Source of the DNA: Methanoregula sp. | Lineage (GTDB): Archaea; Halobacteriota; Methanomicrobia; Methanomicrobiales; Methanospirillaceae | NCBI GenBank assembly: GCA_039698055.1 | Contig: JBDKTL010000017.1 | Span: forward strand, 1-64,000 | DNA: 64,000 bases | Reading direction: 5' to 3' | Part shown: positions 40,248 through 50,736 of the stretch, one piece after another | How the letters are laid out: the number at the start of each line of letters is the position of its first letter | Position numbering within the stretch: the stretch's first letter is position 1 | Program-made: the position numbers and the translations under genes | The notes under the pieces: model-generated | What the model was told of the DNA's origin: nothing | Database searches by the model: none | What the model saw: only the letters and a program-made list of their open reading frames with translations

Positions 40248-40439
40248 ATGGAAAGTGACGTTTTCAAAGAGCTGCGGTTAATCCGGCAGGATCTCAAATA
40301 TATCCGGGCCCATATGGTTGACCAGGATATGATTCTTTCTCCTGAAGATAAAGCGCTTCTTGACAAAAGCCGTCAGGAACTCCATGCGGGGAAAACCCGG
40401 TCTCTCGATGATGTGATGAGAGCACGAAATGGTGCTTGA
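40248..40439 (+). CDS. putative type II antitoxin
   Basis: 63 aa ending LSPED...GKTRSLDDV; overlaps the start of a RelE-like gene. Confidence 0.75.
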   Translation: MESDVFKELRLIRQDLKYIRAHMVDQDMILSPEDKALLDKSRQELHAGKTRSLDDVMRARNGA

Positions 40440-40689
40440 GATTGCCATCGGGCCTAAGGCAGACCGTTTTTTGCTGAGTGTAAACCAACAGATTTTTGAT
40501 CGGCTGATCAAAAAAATCAGGGAACTGGCGGTTAATCCCCAGCCTCGTGGTGCCAAAAAAGTTCTCAGCGAGGAAGGGGTTTTCAGGATATGAGTTGGAA
40601 CGCACCGGATTCTCTATTCACTTGAGGAAAATAAGCACGTTCTTCTTATCGTGAATATCGACAAGCGTTCCCGTGTATACAAAAGATAA
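40429..40689 (+). pseudogene. RelE/ParE family toxin with internal nonsense codon
   Basis: ...LAVNPQPRGAKKV..EGVFRI*VGTHRILY...IDKRSRVY; TGA at 40591-40593. Confidence 0.85.
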
Positions 40690-40944
40690 TCCATATTATT
40701 TATTGCCAAAACGCAAATCATCCGAAATTTGATTATCTCATATCAGATAGGGAAAATACTCTACGATTTATTGGTTCTTTTTTAGAATTACGGGCGGCTG
40801 TTTAAGGACCCGCAAACAGGCCCGTAATCGGCTGTGAGATCGAATAGCGGTAATCCAGTTCCCCGGCAAACACTATCCCCGTCGTAGATTGTGACAACCG
40901 GACGGTCCCTTCGGGCTCGCAGGAACGATTGGATCGCACAAAAG

Positions 40945-41412
40945 GGCGAATTATCGATCGTCATTTCCAGACAACGCCCATTTTGGGGAATCCAGGCGAA
41001 AATACGGCAGATGATTGCCTGAAAAAGAACCCTAACAGACCCTTTTGGACGGCCGATCGCATGCCGGGTTGAAGGTACGTGGAGCACAATGAAAAGAAGG
41101 CCTGTTTTGAGGCAATGTTCCGGGGTCGTCTCGTCGGACACCGACGTGAATTTTATCCGGGTACGCATTGTTCCAGGATCGATCATACCCTCACTGACAG
41201 GTACGATCGTCGATTCCCTGCGGATCAATGCTCCGACGGTGATTCCCGTGCCGTGACGACAACCGGCTGATCGTGGTTCTGAATTTAATGTAAAAAATGG
41301 CGAATTATCTATCGTCATTTCCAGACAACGCCCATTTTGAAGAATTCAAACGAAAATACGGCAGGTAATCGTCCGAAAAAGAACCCTAACAGACCCTTTT
41401 GGACGGCCGATC
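40945..41412. repeat. two 114-bp direct repeats (40945-41058, 41299-41412)
   Basis: 11 mismatches in 114 bp by manual alignment; period 354 bp. Confidence 0.9.
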
Positions 41413-41567
41413 TCAAGGATTAACGGGCTGGAGCAGGGGGAAACCAAAGAAACCCCTGTTTTTATGGTTCGGCTCTATGGCACTCCGGGATCCTGTCCGT
41501 GTTCACCCGATTTTTTTTAAACCAATGTAAGATTTACGAAAAAAAAATAAAAAAAATGTCCCCGGTT

Positions 41568-43190
41568 TTATGGGGATACGGTCGGTGTCGCCGTGACTGT
41601 GGTATTTGTTGCGGGGGGTTCTGTTGTGATGACGGTTGTAGCTTTTGTTGTCGGAACCGGTGTCGGTGTGGGTGTTTTCAGCACCGCTTCGAATTCAATG
41701 CTTCCTTTGGGGACAACAGTTGAATCGCGCTTGATCAGGACGCCGTCCTTGTACAGTTCAATAACAAGTTCATCCCCGGACCCGTCCGTCTTTTTGATGG
41801 ATGCGTCGACCGGCCCGTTCACGGTGGGAATCTGGTAGAAATGTTCACCGGTTTCTGTTACCGGTGTCTGCGCTCCCGGTGTACCGTACGTCCCGGTAAA
41901 TGTCTGCGGGTAACTGATTTTGATCCAGATGCCGGACTGGGGAATAAGCAAGGTCGGTTGCGCCGTCGCCACGGTGGTAGTAATCGTTGCCTGTGTCGGA
42001 TGCGGTGTTGGCGTGGGAATGGTGGTTGCAACGGTTGTGCCGGTCGGAACGATCGTCACATTTGTAGAATCCGGATGTTTCTGCAGAGACTGGGAATAGA
42101 TAACGATACCGCCAATGACCAGGAGAATGACGATGGCAATGCCGATAATCGCCATGCGCCGTGGTTTTCTGGTGGACGGTGGTGACGGAACCGGTGGCAG
42201 GGGGGTTTGTGGCGGGGTTCCGGGTTGTGCAGCCGGTGCTGGTTCCGCCGGCGTTACGGATCCTTCATTTGCGGCGTTTATGATTGACGCAGCTGCCAGT
42301 TCAATCGCAGACGGCGAGATCGTTTCCTGCTGCCCATCAGGAACCGGCGATGTCTCCGGGACTGGCACGAACGGGAGCGGCTCGCGGACCGGCTCCGGTA
42401 CGATAGGCCGGGATCCCGCCCGGGGGACCGAATCTTCAATAAGCGGTTCGATGGAATGGATGATCTGTTCAATGGGACGCTCCTTGCGTTCGAACACCGG
42501 AGCGCTCATCGCCGGAACCGGGTCCCTGATAGTCCCGAGAACCTTTTCCGGCTCGGCGGGTTTTGTGCTTTGTGCCGGAACCCTGGTCCCGCACCGGTTG
42601 CAGAATGTCGATTCCGGAGGAATACGGTTGCCGCACCGTGGACAGAATGACCCTTGTGGCAGGGATGTGGTTTCTATGGGCTGGGGATAGACCGGGCTTT
42701 TCTCAATGATCTTCTTGATGGGCCGGGAAATCTCGATCTTCTTTTTTCCTGAAGTGCTTGCGACACCAATCGATGACGGGGCGGGTGTCCCGTACTTCTG
42801 CGCAGATGCAACTTCCGGTGCCGGCTCTGCCGGTTTTTCTTCTTTTGGCTGCATCAGTGCGATGCGCTCTTTGAGCAGCGCGGCAAAGTCATCGCATTCG
42901 CGTTTTCGCTCCCCGGTCTGGCGCGAGAACGTGAGAATCATCTGACGGGTCTTGCCGGTTTCAGTCCCGATTGAGAGGGTGAGGATTGAATCGCGTATTG
43001 CATTCTCACCGGTTTCGACTTTCTGGATAGTCGCAAGCTGGATATTCTGCTGGGGGATGACATTTTTCTTGTTATCGACAAGAAGCAGCCGCTTGGTTGT
43101 CAGTATTGCGTCAAAGGGAATGGATTTAACTTTGACATTTTTTGTTTCCAGGATGATTGACTCATCACTGTAGAGATCGGTATAGCCCAT
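41568..43190 (-). CDS. membrane protein with N-terminal PH-like domain, zinc ribbon and Pro/Thr-rich linkers
   Basis: AILTTKRLL, FCPRCG..FCNRCG, one TM segment. Confidence 0.8.
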   Translation of the reverse strand: MGYTDLYSDESIILETKNVKVKSIPFDAILTTKRLLLVDNKKNVIPQQNIQLATIQKVETGENAIRDSILTLSIGTETGKTRQMILTFSRQTGERKRECDDFAALLKERIALMQPKEEKPAEPAPEVASAQKYGTPAPSSIGVASTSGKKKIEISRPIKKIIEKSPVYPQPIETTSLPQGSFCPRCGNRIPPESTFCNRCGTRVPAQSTKPAEPEKVLGTIRDPVPAMSAPVFERKERPIEQIIHSIEPLIEDSVPRAGSRPIVPEPVREPLPFVPVPETSPVPDGQQETISPSAIELAAASIINAANEGSVTPAEPAPAAQPGTPPQTPLPPVPSPPSTRKPRRMAIIGIAIVILLVIGGIVIYSQSLQKHPDSTNVTIVPTGTTVATTIPTPTPHPTQATITTTVATAQPTLLIPQSGIWIKISYPQTFTGTYGTPGAQTPVTETGEHFYQIPTVNGPVDASIKKTDGSGDELVIELYKDGVLIKRDSTVVPKGSIEFEAVLKTPTPTPVPTTKATTVITTEPPATNTTVTATPTVSP

Positions 43191-43268
43191 AGTACCACAT
43201 TCTTTACTATAGTTGTGCGCTATCCTCTCCAAATAAGTATTTGTTTTAAGAACGTGCCAAAAAAAGGT

Positions 43269-44546
43269 TCAGAGATATTCCAGATCGTTCATGTACGGCC
43301 GGAGCACGACGGGGATTTCAACGGACCCGTCTTTTTGCTGGTTATTTTCAAGAATGGCCCGTATCGCCCGGGATGTCGCGATCGCGGTCGAATTCAGGGT
43401 ATGGAGATAGTGCTTGGACTCAAAATTCTCCGTGTCCCGCACCCGGATATTGAGACTGGCCGACTGGTAGCTGGTGCAGTTGGAGCAGGACACGACTTCC
43501 CTGTACGCGTTCTCGCGGGGCATCCACACCTCGATATCGTATTTTTTCGCGGCCACGGTACCGATATCCCCGGTACAGATATTCACGACATGGTAGGGAA
43601 GACCAAGGCCCTGGAAGACTTCTTCGGCATTTGCCAGCAGTTCCTCGTGGATCTTCCACGAATCTTCCGGTGTGCAGAAGACAAACTGTTCCACTTTGCT
43701 GAACTGGTGGACCCGGAAAAGGCCCTTGGTGTCCAGCCCGTGCGACCCGATCTCCCGCCGGAAACAGGGTGAAACGCCCGCAAGCCGGAGCGGAAGATCT
43801 TTTTCTTCAAATATTTCGTCCTGGAACATCGCGCCGATCGGGTGTTCGCTCGTCGCTATCAGGTACGTGTCGTCACCATCGATCTTGTACATGACTTTTT
43901 CAAAGTCGTCGAGATCGGTCACCCCTTCGTACGATGACCGGTTGATCATGAACGGGGGAATGACCGGTGTGAACCCTTTTTTTGCCAGCAGGTCGATGGT
44001 AAACCGCTGCAGTGCAAGGTCAAGCAGCACGAGGTTGCCTTTCAGGAAATAGAACCCTGCGCCGGAAATTTTTGCAGCCCGCTCAAAATCGGCCCATCCC
44101 TTGTCAGCGGCAAGCTGCCCGTGGTTTTTAAGTTCGAAATCAAATGTGCGGGGCGTCCCGACGCGTTTGAACTCCACGTTTTCGGTATCGTCCTTTCCCT
44201 GCGGGACACTCTCGTGCAGGATATTGGGGAGCCGCATCAGGTACGCGTGAATCGTTGTGCTGATCTCTTCTTGTTCTGCATCGTTTTCCTTAATTTTCTG
44301 CGGAAGGTTAGCGGCTTCGATCATCAGCGGCGCCGTATCTTTGCCGGCTTTTCGCGCTTCATTGATCTCGCGGGAAATGACATTACGGCGGCGGCGTAAT
44401 TCGTCAGTCAGGCCTTTGAGTTCCCGGGACCGGGCGTCTTTTTGTAAAATCTCGTCCACCCACGGGAGCTTGAGAAGATCGTTGCGTTTTTTGAGATCGG
44501 CTTTTACCGCATCCGGATTTGCCCGTACAAACCTGATATCAAGCAT
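43269..44546 (-). CDS. serS: serine--tRNA ligase (standard type)
   Basis: YLIATSE, CFRRE, GLFRVHQFSKVE, EVVSCSNC, HTLNST. Confidence 0.97.
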   Translation of the reverse strand: MLDIRFVRANPDAVKADLKKRNDLLKLPWVDEILQKDARSRELKGLTDELRRRRNVISREINEARKAGKDTAPLMIEAANLPQKIKENDAEQEEISTTIHAYLMRLPNILHESVPQGKDDTENVEFKRVGTPRTFDFELKNHGQLAADKGWADFERAAKISGAGFYFLKGNLVLLDLALQRFTIDLLAKKGFTPVIPPFMINRSSYEGVTDLDDFEKVMYKIDGDDTYLIATSEHPIGAMFQDEIFEEKDLPLRLAGVSPCFRREIGSHGLDTKGLFRVHQFSKVEQFVFCTPEDSWKIHEELLANAEEVFQGLGLPYHVVNICTGDIGTVAAKKYDIEVWMPRENAYREVVSCSNCTSYQSASLNIRVRDTENFESKHYLHTLNSTAIATSRAIRAILENNQQKDGSVEIPVVLRPYMNDLEYL

Positions 44547-44672
44547 AATTTACCCTTCCGTATTTTTTTGCTATTTCGTGATAGTGATATTGCCGTGCAT
44601 TATGTATCTTTTATTCCCTTTCTCCTGTTTTCGTGCAGGAAAAAAATATCGTTATTATACGGGGAACCCCTG

Positions 44673-45458
44673 CTACGAATCCTCTTCAAAGAGCCAGCTG
44701 ATATCGTCAAGATCGTCCATGCCCTCCATCCGGCTGGAGATATCGGCATTTTTTGGAATCGTGATGTTTGCCTTGCAGGTGGCAGGGCCCCCAAAGGAAT
44801 CAGGCCGGGGACCGCGTGCGACAAAATCCCTGAGAATATCTTCCTGCATCTGCCAGTGCGTGCCGGTATCGTTGTCTTCATCGCCCGGGACCGGGGATGT
44901 CAGGCTGTCGAGCACCCGTTGTTTTTCAAGGACACGGTTGAATGTTTCCCGGTTCCTCTGCTGGCTCTCGGTATGGGACAGGATCGGGGACTGGATCTTG
45001 ATCGACCGGGCAATCTCTTCAATCTTCTCAATCACCTGTTCGGCAACAATTTTCGGGTCGTCCTGGTCCTGCGTGATGGCAAAGATGTTGAAATCGTCGG
45101 TATAGATCCACTGGATCGAGGTGGTCGCCCCTCGCCGGAACAATCTCCCGGTTATCGTCCATTTCCCGGGACGGATGCAGAAGCCCCAGATCCGGAAGTC
45201 CGGGTTTTTCTTTGCTGTCACCGGGTACACTTCGAGGTCCCGGATACCGGATCCTCCTCGTTTTTTTGATTCGGTAATGCTGATCTCAAAAAACCGGGTT
45301 GCGGCATAGGGCGGACCAAGCACGATACTCTCGAATACGTCGTGCCGGTATTCCATGACTTGGTGAATGTCGATCTCATACCCAAGGTCGACAAGATAGG
45401 TATGTATGCGGTGATCCCGGTCAGTATCCGTTACGGTGTGGCTGAGAATAATTGTCAT
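44673..45458 (-). CDS. hypothetical protein (261 aa)
   Basis: Long ORF with globular N-terminus and acidic tail. Confidence 0.65.
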   Translation of the reverse strand: MTIILSHTVTDTDRDHRIHTYLVDLGYEIDIHQVMEYRHDVFESIVLGPPYAATRFFEISITESKKRGGSGIRDLEVYPVTAKKNPDFRIWGFCIRPGKWTITGRLFRRGATTSIQWIYTDDFNIFAITQDQDDPKIVAEQVIEKIEEIARSIKIQSPILSHTESQQRNRETFNRVLEKQRVLDSLTSPVPGDEDNDTGTHWQMQEDILRDFVARGPRPDSFGGPATCKANITIPKNADISSRMEGMDDLDDISWLFEEDS

Positions 45459-45668
45459 CAGGTTTCCACGACCCTGCAGGAAAAATACGCGGCATGCACA
45501 CGGAAACTGCCAAACCGGGATGATTGCGTCATCGCTATAAAATATCCCTTTTTCTGTTATAATACCTCTTTGGTTTGTGGGTTTATCGTCAAAACCGGGA
45601 ATTCAGGATGTATGCGCCACGATGGCATGGCATTATCTTCCTGCTCCCACAAACGGTATTCTTGCGTG

Positions 45669-46322
45669 ATGCCTGATCCCCCGACCCACGGTAATGATGC
45701 CGCCCCGTGGAATGCTGATTATCTTCGCCGTGGACGGCTCTGGGGCGGCGCTGTTTTTAATCTGCCGGATCTGCCCGTGGGTTCCCGAGTCCTCGAACTG
45801 GGCTGCGGCACCGGAAAGACATTTTGCGCGATGCAGGCCCGGGGATATGATATCGTCGGGATTGATTTTTCCCATCATGCGGCTGGTTTGAGTCACCGTT
45901 CAGCAGGCGCCGGCGATCAGGGGCACGTGCTGATCGCAGATGCACGTGCACTTCCCTTTGCTGCAAACACGTTCGATGCGGTGATTGCATTCCATGTCAT
46001 CGGTCATATGAGAATCCAGGATCGTTACTGTTGTGCCCAAGAATCATGGCGTGTCCTCCGGGAGAAGGGAACCCTGTTTTTCCGGGAGTTCTCAGATGAG
46101 GATTTCCGGGCGGGGAAGGGCCGGACGGTGGAACCTGGCACATTCGAGCGCAACGAGGGTATTCTCACGCATTATTTCACCGAACCGGAAACCGGGGAAT
46201 TATTCTCACGGTTTACGCGCTCCTGTCTTTCCACGCACCGCTGGACGATGACCGTGCGGGGAGAACGGCTGCAGCGGGCTGAAGTTGCCGGTATTTTTGT
46301 GAAACCTTTAAAAGCGACCTGA
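45669..46322 (+). CDS. class I SAM-dependent methyltransferase
   Basis: VLELGCGTGK, ADARALPF..FD. Confidence 0.88.
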   Translation: MPDPPTHGNDAAPWNADYLRRGRLWGGAVFNLPDLPVGSRVLELGCGTGKTFCAMQARGYDIVGIDFSHHAAGLSHRSAGAGDQGHVLIADARALPFAANTFDAVIAFHVIGHMRIQDRYCCAQESWRVLREKGTLFFREFSDEDFRAGKGRTVEPGTFERNEGILTHYFTEPETGELFSRFTRSCLSTHRWTMTVRGERLQRAEVAGIFVKPLKAT

Positions 46323-46401
46323 ATTAAAATAAACGCAGAACAATTGGCAATTATTAAATGAACCGCGTGCGTTAACTATTCTCGCAATCAGAGATGATTT
46401 C

Positions 46402-46959
46402 ATGAAAAAACTGTTACTTATTGCATTCCTTATCAGTATCGCCTTTGTCGGATGCGTGTCTGCACTCAGTGTCACGGCAGAAACTGTAACGCCCCAGATG
46501 ATTGGCGGCGACAAGGGAACCTACCTTGTCACGGCAAATGTCGATGGCGCAAATGTCACCTTCGACAGCGATCCCGTGGGCGTTATCACCAACGGGCAGC
46601 TTCTCGTTGAAGTCTATACGACCGGCACTCCTTACCGTGTCATGACGGTTGAAAAGACCGGCTATGCAGTCTATACGGCCAATATTACTGAGGTCCCGGC
46701 AAAGGGCGAGACCGTAACCATGAACGTCACGCTGGTTCCTCTCGCTCCCGTTACGACAGTTTCTGCCGAGATAAACAGCACTGCCCCCCAGACCGCCGTC
46801 TCCACACCAGCAGATGCCGGTGTTAATGCGACCGTTGAAAGCACCGGACAGGCCACCAGTGCAGCAACCCCGTCACCCACGAAATCCGCGAGTGCGCCGG
46901 TCGTGGCTCTTGCCGCATTCGGTATTGTCGGCATCCTTGCGCTGAGATCACGGCGCTAA
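46402..46959 (+). CDS. surface protein with one PEGA-like domain and C-terminal anchor
   Basis: Signal peptide, GGDKG..NVDGA..VEKTGY, T/A/S linker, TM plus RSRR. Confidence 0.8.
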   Translation: MKKLLLIAFLISIAFVGCVSALSVTAETVTPQMIGGDKGTYLVTANVDGANVTFDSDPVGVITNGQLLVEVYTTGTPYRVMTVEKTGYAVYTANITEVPAKGETVTMNVTLVPLAPVTTVSAEINSTAPQTAVSTPADAGVNATVESTGQATSAATPSPTKSASAPVVALAAFGIVGILALRSRR

Positions 46960-47341
46960 CTTTTTCTCTTCAATTTTTTTTATCAACAGCCATCCGGTTT
47001 TTCAGCCTTGCATGCAGTCCCGGTAAAAGTATTTCACCGAATCTCCGGTATTTCGGTTCAGGAATAAGCCGGTTATCGGACGGCATAAAAAAATCTCATG
47101 GCACCTGGTGGGCACGACTCCTGCCGTGAATTATCCTGTTATTTTTCCCATTACCCGGATTTTTGCCAGCCCCCGCATGCACTCCTGTTGCCAGACCAGG
47201 AACGTCGGTATCCTGCTGGTGCCGGTTCACCATTCCTACGCCATTTTTTTAAGAAAAATGCCGGCTGTCTTAAATTTTTTTCCCAGAACGGGGAAATCTA
47301 TTTTAACGAGAGGACTAATTCTCATGGAGAGGGAAACCCCT

Positions 47342-48646
47342 ATGAAAAAATTGCTGTTTTGCATATGTTTTGTTCTCTGCCTCTTTGCTGCAATTCCTGT
47401 TGTGAGCGGACTTGGCGGGGATGAGGGATGGATCCAGATCTTCTGCAATGTCAACGGGGCATCGGTCAGTTTTGACGGGCAGTATAAAGGTGAGATCAGC
47501 GGTGGTCAGCTGACCGTTCCTGTCTATACGACAGCATCACCCTTCAGTTCGTATACGGTTGAAAAAAGCGGTTACTATTCGGCAAGTGGCGGGATTGTAA
47601 TGCCAGCCGCCGGGGACACCCAGACATATTACGCAACCCTGCAACCAATACCCACCCCGACTCCGGCATATGGTTCGATCGTTGTGGATTCATCCCCTTC
47701 GGGCGCGGCGATTTACCTGAACGGGAATTATCGCGGGGTTGCCCCGTTGACCATTCACAATGTCGCGCAGGGGAGCTATACGGTAGGGGCGGAACTTGAT
47801 GGATACAATCCCTATACCACGACAATCTCTGTTTCGGCGGGACTGCAATCGAATGTGTACTGCACGCTCTCCCGGATTGTATCGTCAGGGGCTCTCTACG
47901 TAACCTCAGTGCCCTCCGGATCGATGGTTTATCTTGACGGCAATTACCGTGGCAGGACGCCGCTCTCGCTGAATAATATCGCAACCGGATCACACATTGT
48001 CGAATGCGATCTTGCGGGTTATTACGACTGGAAATCTACAGTCAGTGTACCCGTGGGTGGAACAATGACGGTGACTGCACCCTTGAGTCCGATACCCGCA
48101 AGTACGGCTGGCTGGATCTATGTCACATCAAACCCGGGTGGAGCAGCGGTTTTTCTTGACGGTGGAACAGCCGGCACGACCCCTGCCAGCGGCACGCTGA
48201 ATCTCAACGCTGTGACTGCGGGGGATCACACAATTATGGTGAAACTGGATGGGTACCAGGATTACACGACAAGTGTCAATGTCCAGCCGGCGGCAGTCTC
48301 CCAGGTCGATGCAGTTCTTGTGCCATCTGGCCAGGGTTCATCAACCGGCATACTGAGTATCTCGTCAACGCCGTCTGGTGCAAATGTCTATGTGGATAAC
48401 AATCTTCGCGGAGTAACTCCCCTGACGCTTACCGGCCTGTCCGCAGGGGCCCACGCCGTCCAGGTCCAGATGTCCGGCTACCAGGCTTATGTCGAGACCG
48501 TACAGGTGAATGCCGGCGCGACCAATACAGTAAATACCGTTCTCAATCCATCGACACAGCCCACACAAAAATCCGGTATGCCCCTGTATGTTATCGGCAT
48601 TGCCGGTATCATTGCCGGGCTGATCCTTATCCACCGGCGCGGGTAA
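47342..48646 (+). CDS. multi-PEGA-domain surface protein
   Basis: Four SxPxG(A/S)x(I/V)xxxG..G..P repeats after an N-terminal PEGA-like domain; TM plus HRRG. Confidence 0.9.
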   Translation: MKKLLFCICFVLCLFAAIPVVSGLGGDEGWIQIFCNVNGASVSFDGQYKGEISGGQLTVPVYTTASPFSSYTVEKSGYYSASGGIVMPAAGDTQTYYATLQPIPTPTPAYGSIVVDSSPSGAAIYLNGNYRGVAPLTIHNVAQGSYTVGAELDGYNPYTTTISVSAGLQSNVYCTLSRIVSSGALYVTSVPSGSMVYLDGNYRGRTPLSLNNIATGSHIVECDLAGYYDWKSTVSVPVGGTMTVTAPLSPIPASTAGWIYVTSNPGGAAVFLDGGTAGTTPASGTLNLNAVTAGDHTIMVKLDGYQDYTTSVNVQPAAVSQVDAVLVPSGQGSSTGILSISSTPSGANVYVDNNLRGVTPLTLTGLSAGAHAVQVQMSGYQAYVETVQVNAGATNTVNTVLNPSTQPTQKSGMPLYVIGIAGIIAGLILIHRRG

Positions 48647-48810
48647 CACGAACTCACCATTTTTTTATTTTTTTTAGTCGTCACGTAGACGATCTCATTT
48701 TTTGTCGACAACCTGTGCAGTCCGATTTTTACGGGCAATGTTCATGATAAAAAAAAAATAAAAATATTCCCATTTCAGAAATTAGAAAAAAGATCCAAAA
48801 AAAAAAAGTT

Positions 48811-49683
48811 TTATTTTTTTATGGGTTTTTGGCACATCATAATAATGCTGCACCCGGCAACGACAATTACCACAAGCCCGATAACTACAAGGATACCCGT
48901 CCATCCCCATCCGTTTTGTTCCGGTGTTTTTGGAACATAGGAGAGCACTTCAACATCGGTCGTCACGTTCCCGGGCGTTATCGTGACCGTTTTGGTCAGC
49001 GTGACAAACCCGTCCAGCTCCAGTCGAATTTCATGATCCCCCGGCGCAATGCCGGAAACTACAAAGGGCGTGTTTCCGGCATAAACGGAGTCGACATAGA
49101 CCAGCGCATTATCAGGGGACGATGAAATCGAGAGGGATCCCTGCATGGATGTATCGGTCACCGGAACCTTTTTGTCCGGATCGATAATGATATGCCTGAG
49201 TGACGGCAGAACCGACGAATCGGTAAACGTCCGGGAATACCCGTCCGGGAAGGTGATCACAATCGACTGCGGTGAAAAATCAGCGGATATTACCGAACTG
49301 ACCGCGGAATTTTGCAGTGCAATTTCCGCTTTTTTAAAATCCATCGATGCGGTCTGGTATTCCGTGCCGGTGGGGACATCAGTTACCATGGCGAAATTTT
49401 TCATCAGCATGGATACCCCTGACCTGTCAAACGAGAGAATGACCGGTGGATCGGAATTGGTTGTCAGCCCTTTTTTGAGTTCATCTTCAAGCATTGATTG
49501 CGGAATGGCATTTTCCAGTGCGCCTTCAAGGGCAAACCTGAAATCTGCAATAGCGTCCCCGTTTTTATCAACGGTGATATCAAGGGACTGTGCCGTAAAA
49601 GCATATGCCGGCGCAACAAGAATGGCAAGCACGCATACCGCACAGACAAAATGTTTTATGGAGGGATACGTATCGTTCATCAT
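48811..49683 (-). CDS. PEGA-domain membrane-anchored protein
   Basis: Signal peptide, SSPDNALVYVD..GNTP, C-terminal TM. Confidence 0.82.
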   Translation of the reverse strand: MMNDTYPSIKHFVCAVCVLAILVAPAYAFTAQSLDITVDKNGDAIADFRFALEGALENAIPQSMLEDELKKGLTTNSDPPVILSFDRSGVSMLMKNFAMVTDVPTGTEYQTASMDFKKAEIALQNSAVSSVISADFSPQSIVITFPDGYSRTFTDSSVLPSLRHIIIDPDKKVPVTDTSMQGSLSISSSPDNALVYVDSVYAGNTPFVVSGIAPGDHEIRLELDGFVTLTKTVTITPGNVTTDVEVLSYVPKTPEQNGWGWTGILVVIGLVVIVVAGCSIIMMCQKPIKK

Positions 49684-49857
49684 GTGACCAGCCTTTTTTT
49701 TTTAAAATCTGAACCGGATTTAATAGACACTCTGTTTTATCACTCATTAATGTAACAGGTCTGGTTCCTGCAATTTTTGCCTGCCGGGGATTACATCGCA
49801 AGAGAACCCGGGGGATAAATCAGGTTGATATAGCATACCGGCAGAGTCCTATCTGAC

Positions 49858-50514
49858 ATGATCGAAACTGTCCTGATGATCCTCCTCCATCTCGATGAGC
49901 ATCTCGGCACGGTGGTGCACGACTATGGCATCTGGACGTACCTCCTCCTGTTTTTTATTATCTTTTTTGAGACGGGATTTGTTGTCACACCGTTTCTTCC
50001 CGGCGATTCCCTGCTCTTTGTTGCCGGTGCTGCCGCTGCCGGCGGAATAATGGACCTCCACCTGCTCATCGCAGCGTTCATTCTCGGGGCCATCCTTGGC
50101 GATACGGCAAATTACTGGATCGGGAATTATGTCGGCCTGCACGTATTCCAGGAACGGTTCCCCACGCTCGTGAAAAAAGAATATATCGATCGGACGTACG
50201 GGTTCTATGAGAAGTACGGCGGCCTGACCATTTTTGTTGCCCAGTTCGTGCCGGTTGTCCGCACCTTTGCCCCGTTCCTGGCCGGTGTCGGGGCGATGCA
50301 TTACCGGCGATTCTTACTGTACAATGTGATTGGCGCAATATCGTGGACGCTTGTTGTCGTCCTTGCCGGGTATTATTTGGGCACTCTTCCCATTGTCCAG
50401 GACAACATGAATGTCCTTATCCTGCTTGTCCTGCTCGTTTCGCTGGTCACCATTGTTGCACTCGTAGGTGGACTCGTCTCATCATATTTCCAGAAAAAGA
50501 AAGAGCTGCCATAG
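49858..50514 (+). CDS. DedA/VTT family membrane protein
   Basis: FFETG..FLPGDSLLF, FVPVVRTFAP. Confidence 0.93.
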   Translation: MIETVLMILLHLDEHLGTVVHDYGIWTYLLLFFIIFFETGFVVTPFLPGDSLLFVAGAAAAGGIMDLHLLIAAFILGAILGDTANYWIGNYVGLHVFQERFPTLVKKEYIDRTYGFYEKYGGLTIFVAQFVPVVRTFAPFLAGVGAMHYRRFLLYNVIGAISWTLVVVLAGYYLGTLPIVQDNMNVLILLVLLVSLVTIVALVGGLVSSYFQKKKELP

Positions 50515-50736
50515 GTGCCGGAGTAATCTTTTTGCCGCACTTTTTTTTTTGGATTTTTTATTGTTACCACATTGCAAAAGAAGTGTGCCGGCAAAAATCG
50601 GGACTATTTTTTAATTGTATTGGGGAGTCCGGATATTGTACAAAATTTCTCATGGCTCCCCATTATTTCGTTTGCCCATTGTCACCCAGCTTAAATACAA
50701 TGGCACCCTCATTTCATGCAGGATGATGGTGGGGAT

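Noticed and set aside
40591-40593. TGA recoding as selenocysteine in the RelE gene
   Set aside because: The position corresponds to a conserved Arg, not Cys; a single C>T change explains it
40945-41412. CRISPR array
   Set aside because: Only two repeats, 114 bp with a 240-bp spacer, and no cas genes; no CRISPR seen anywhere in the window
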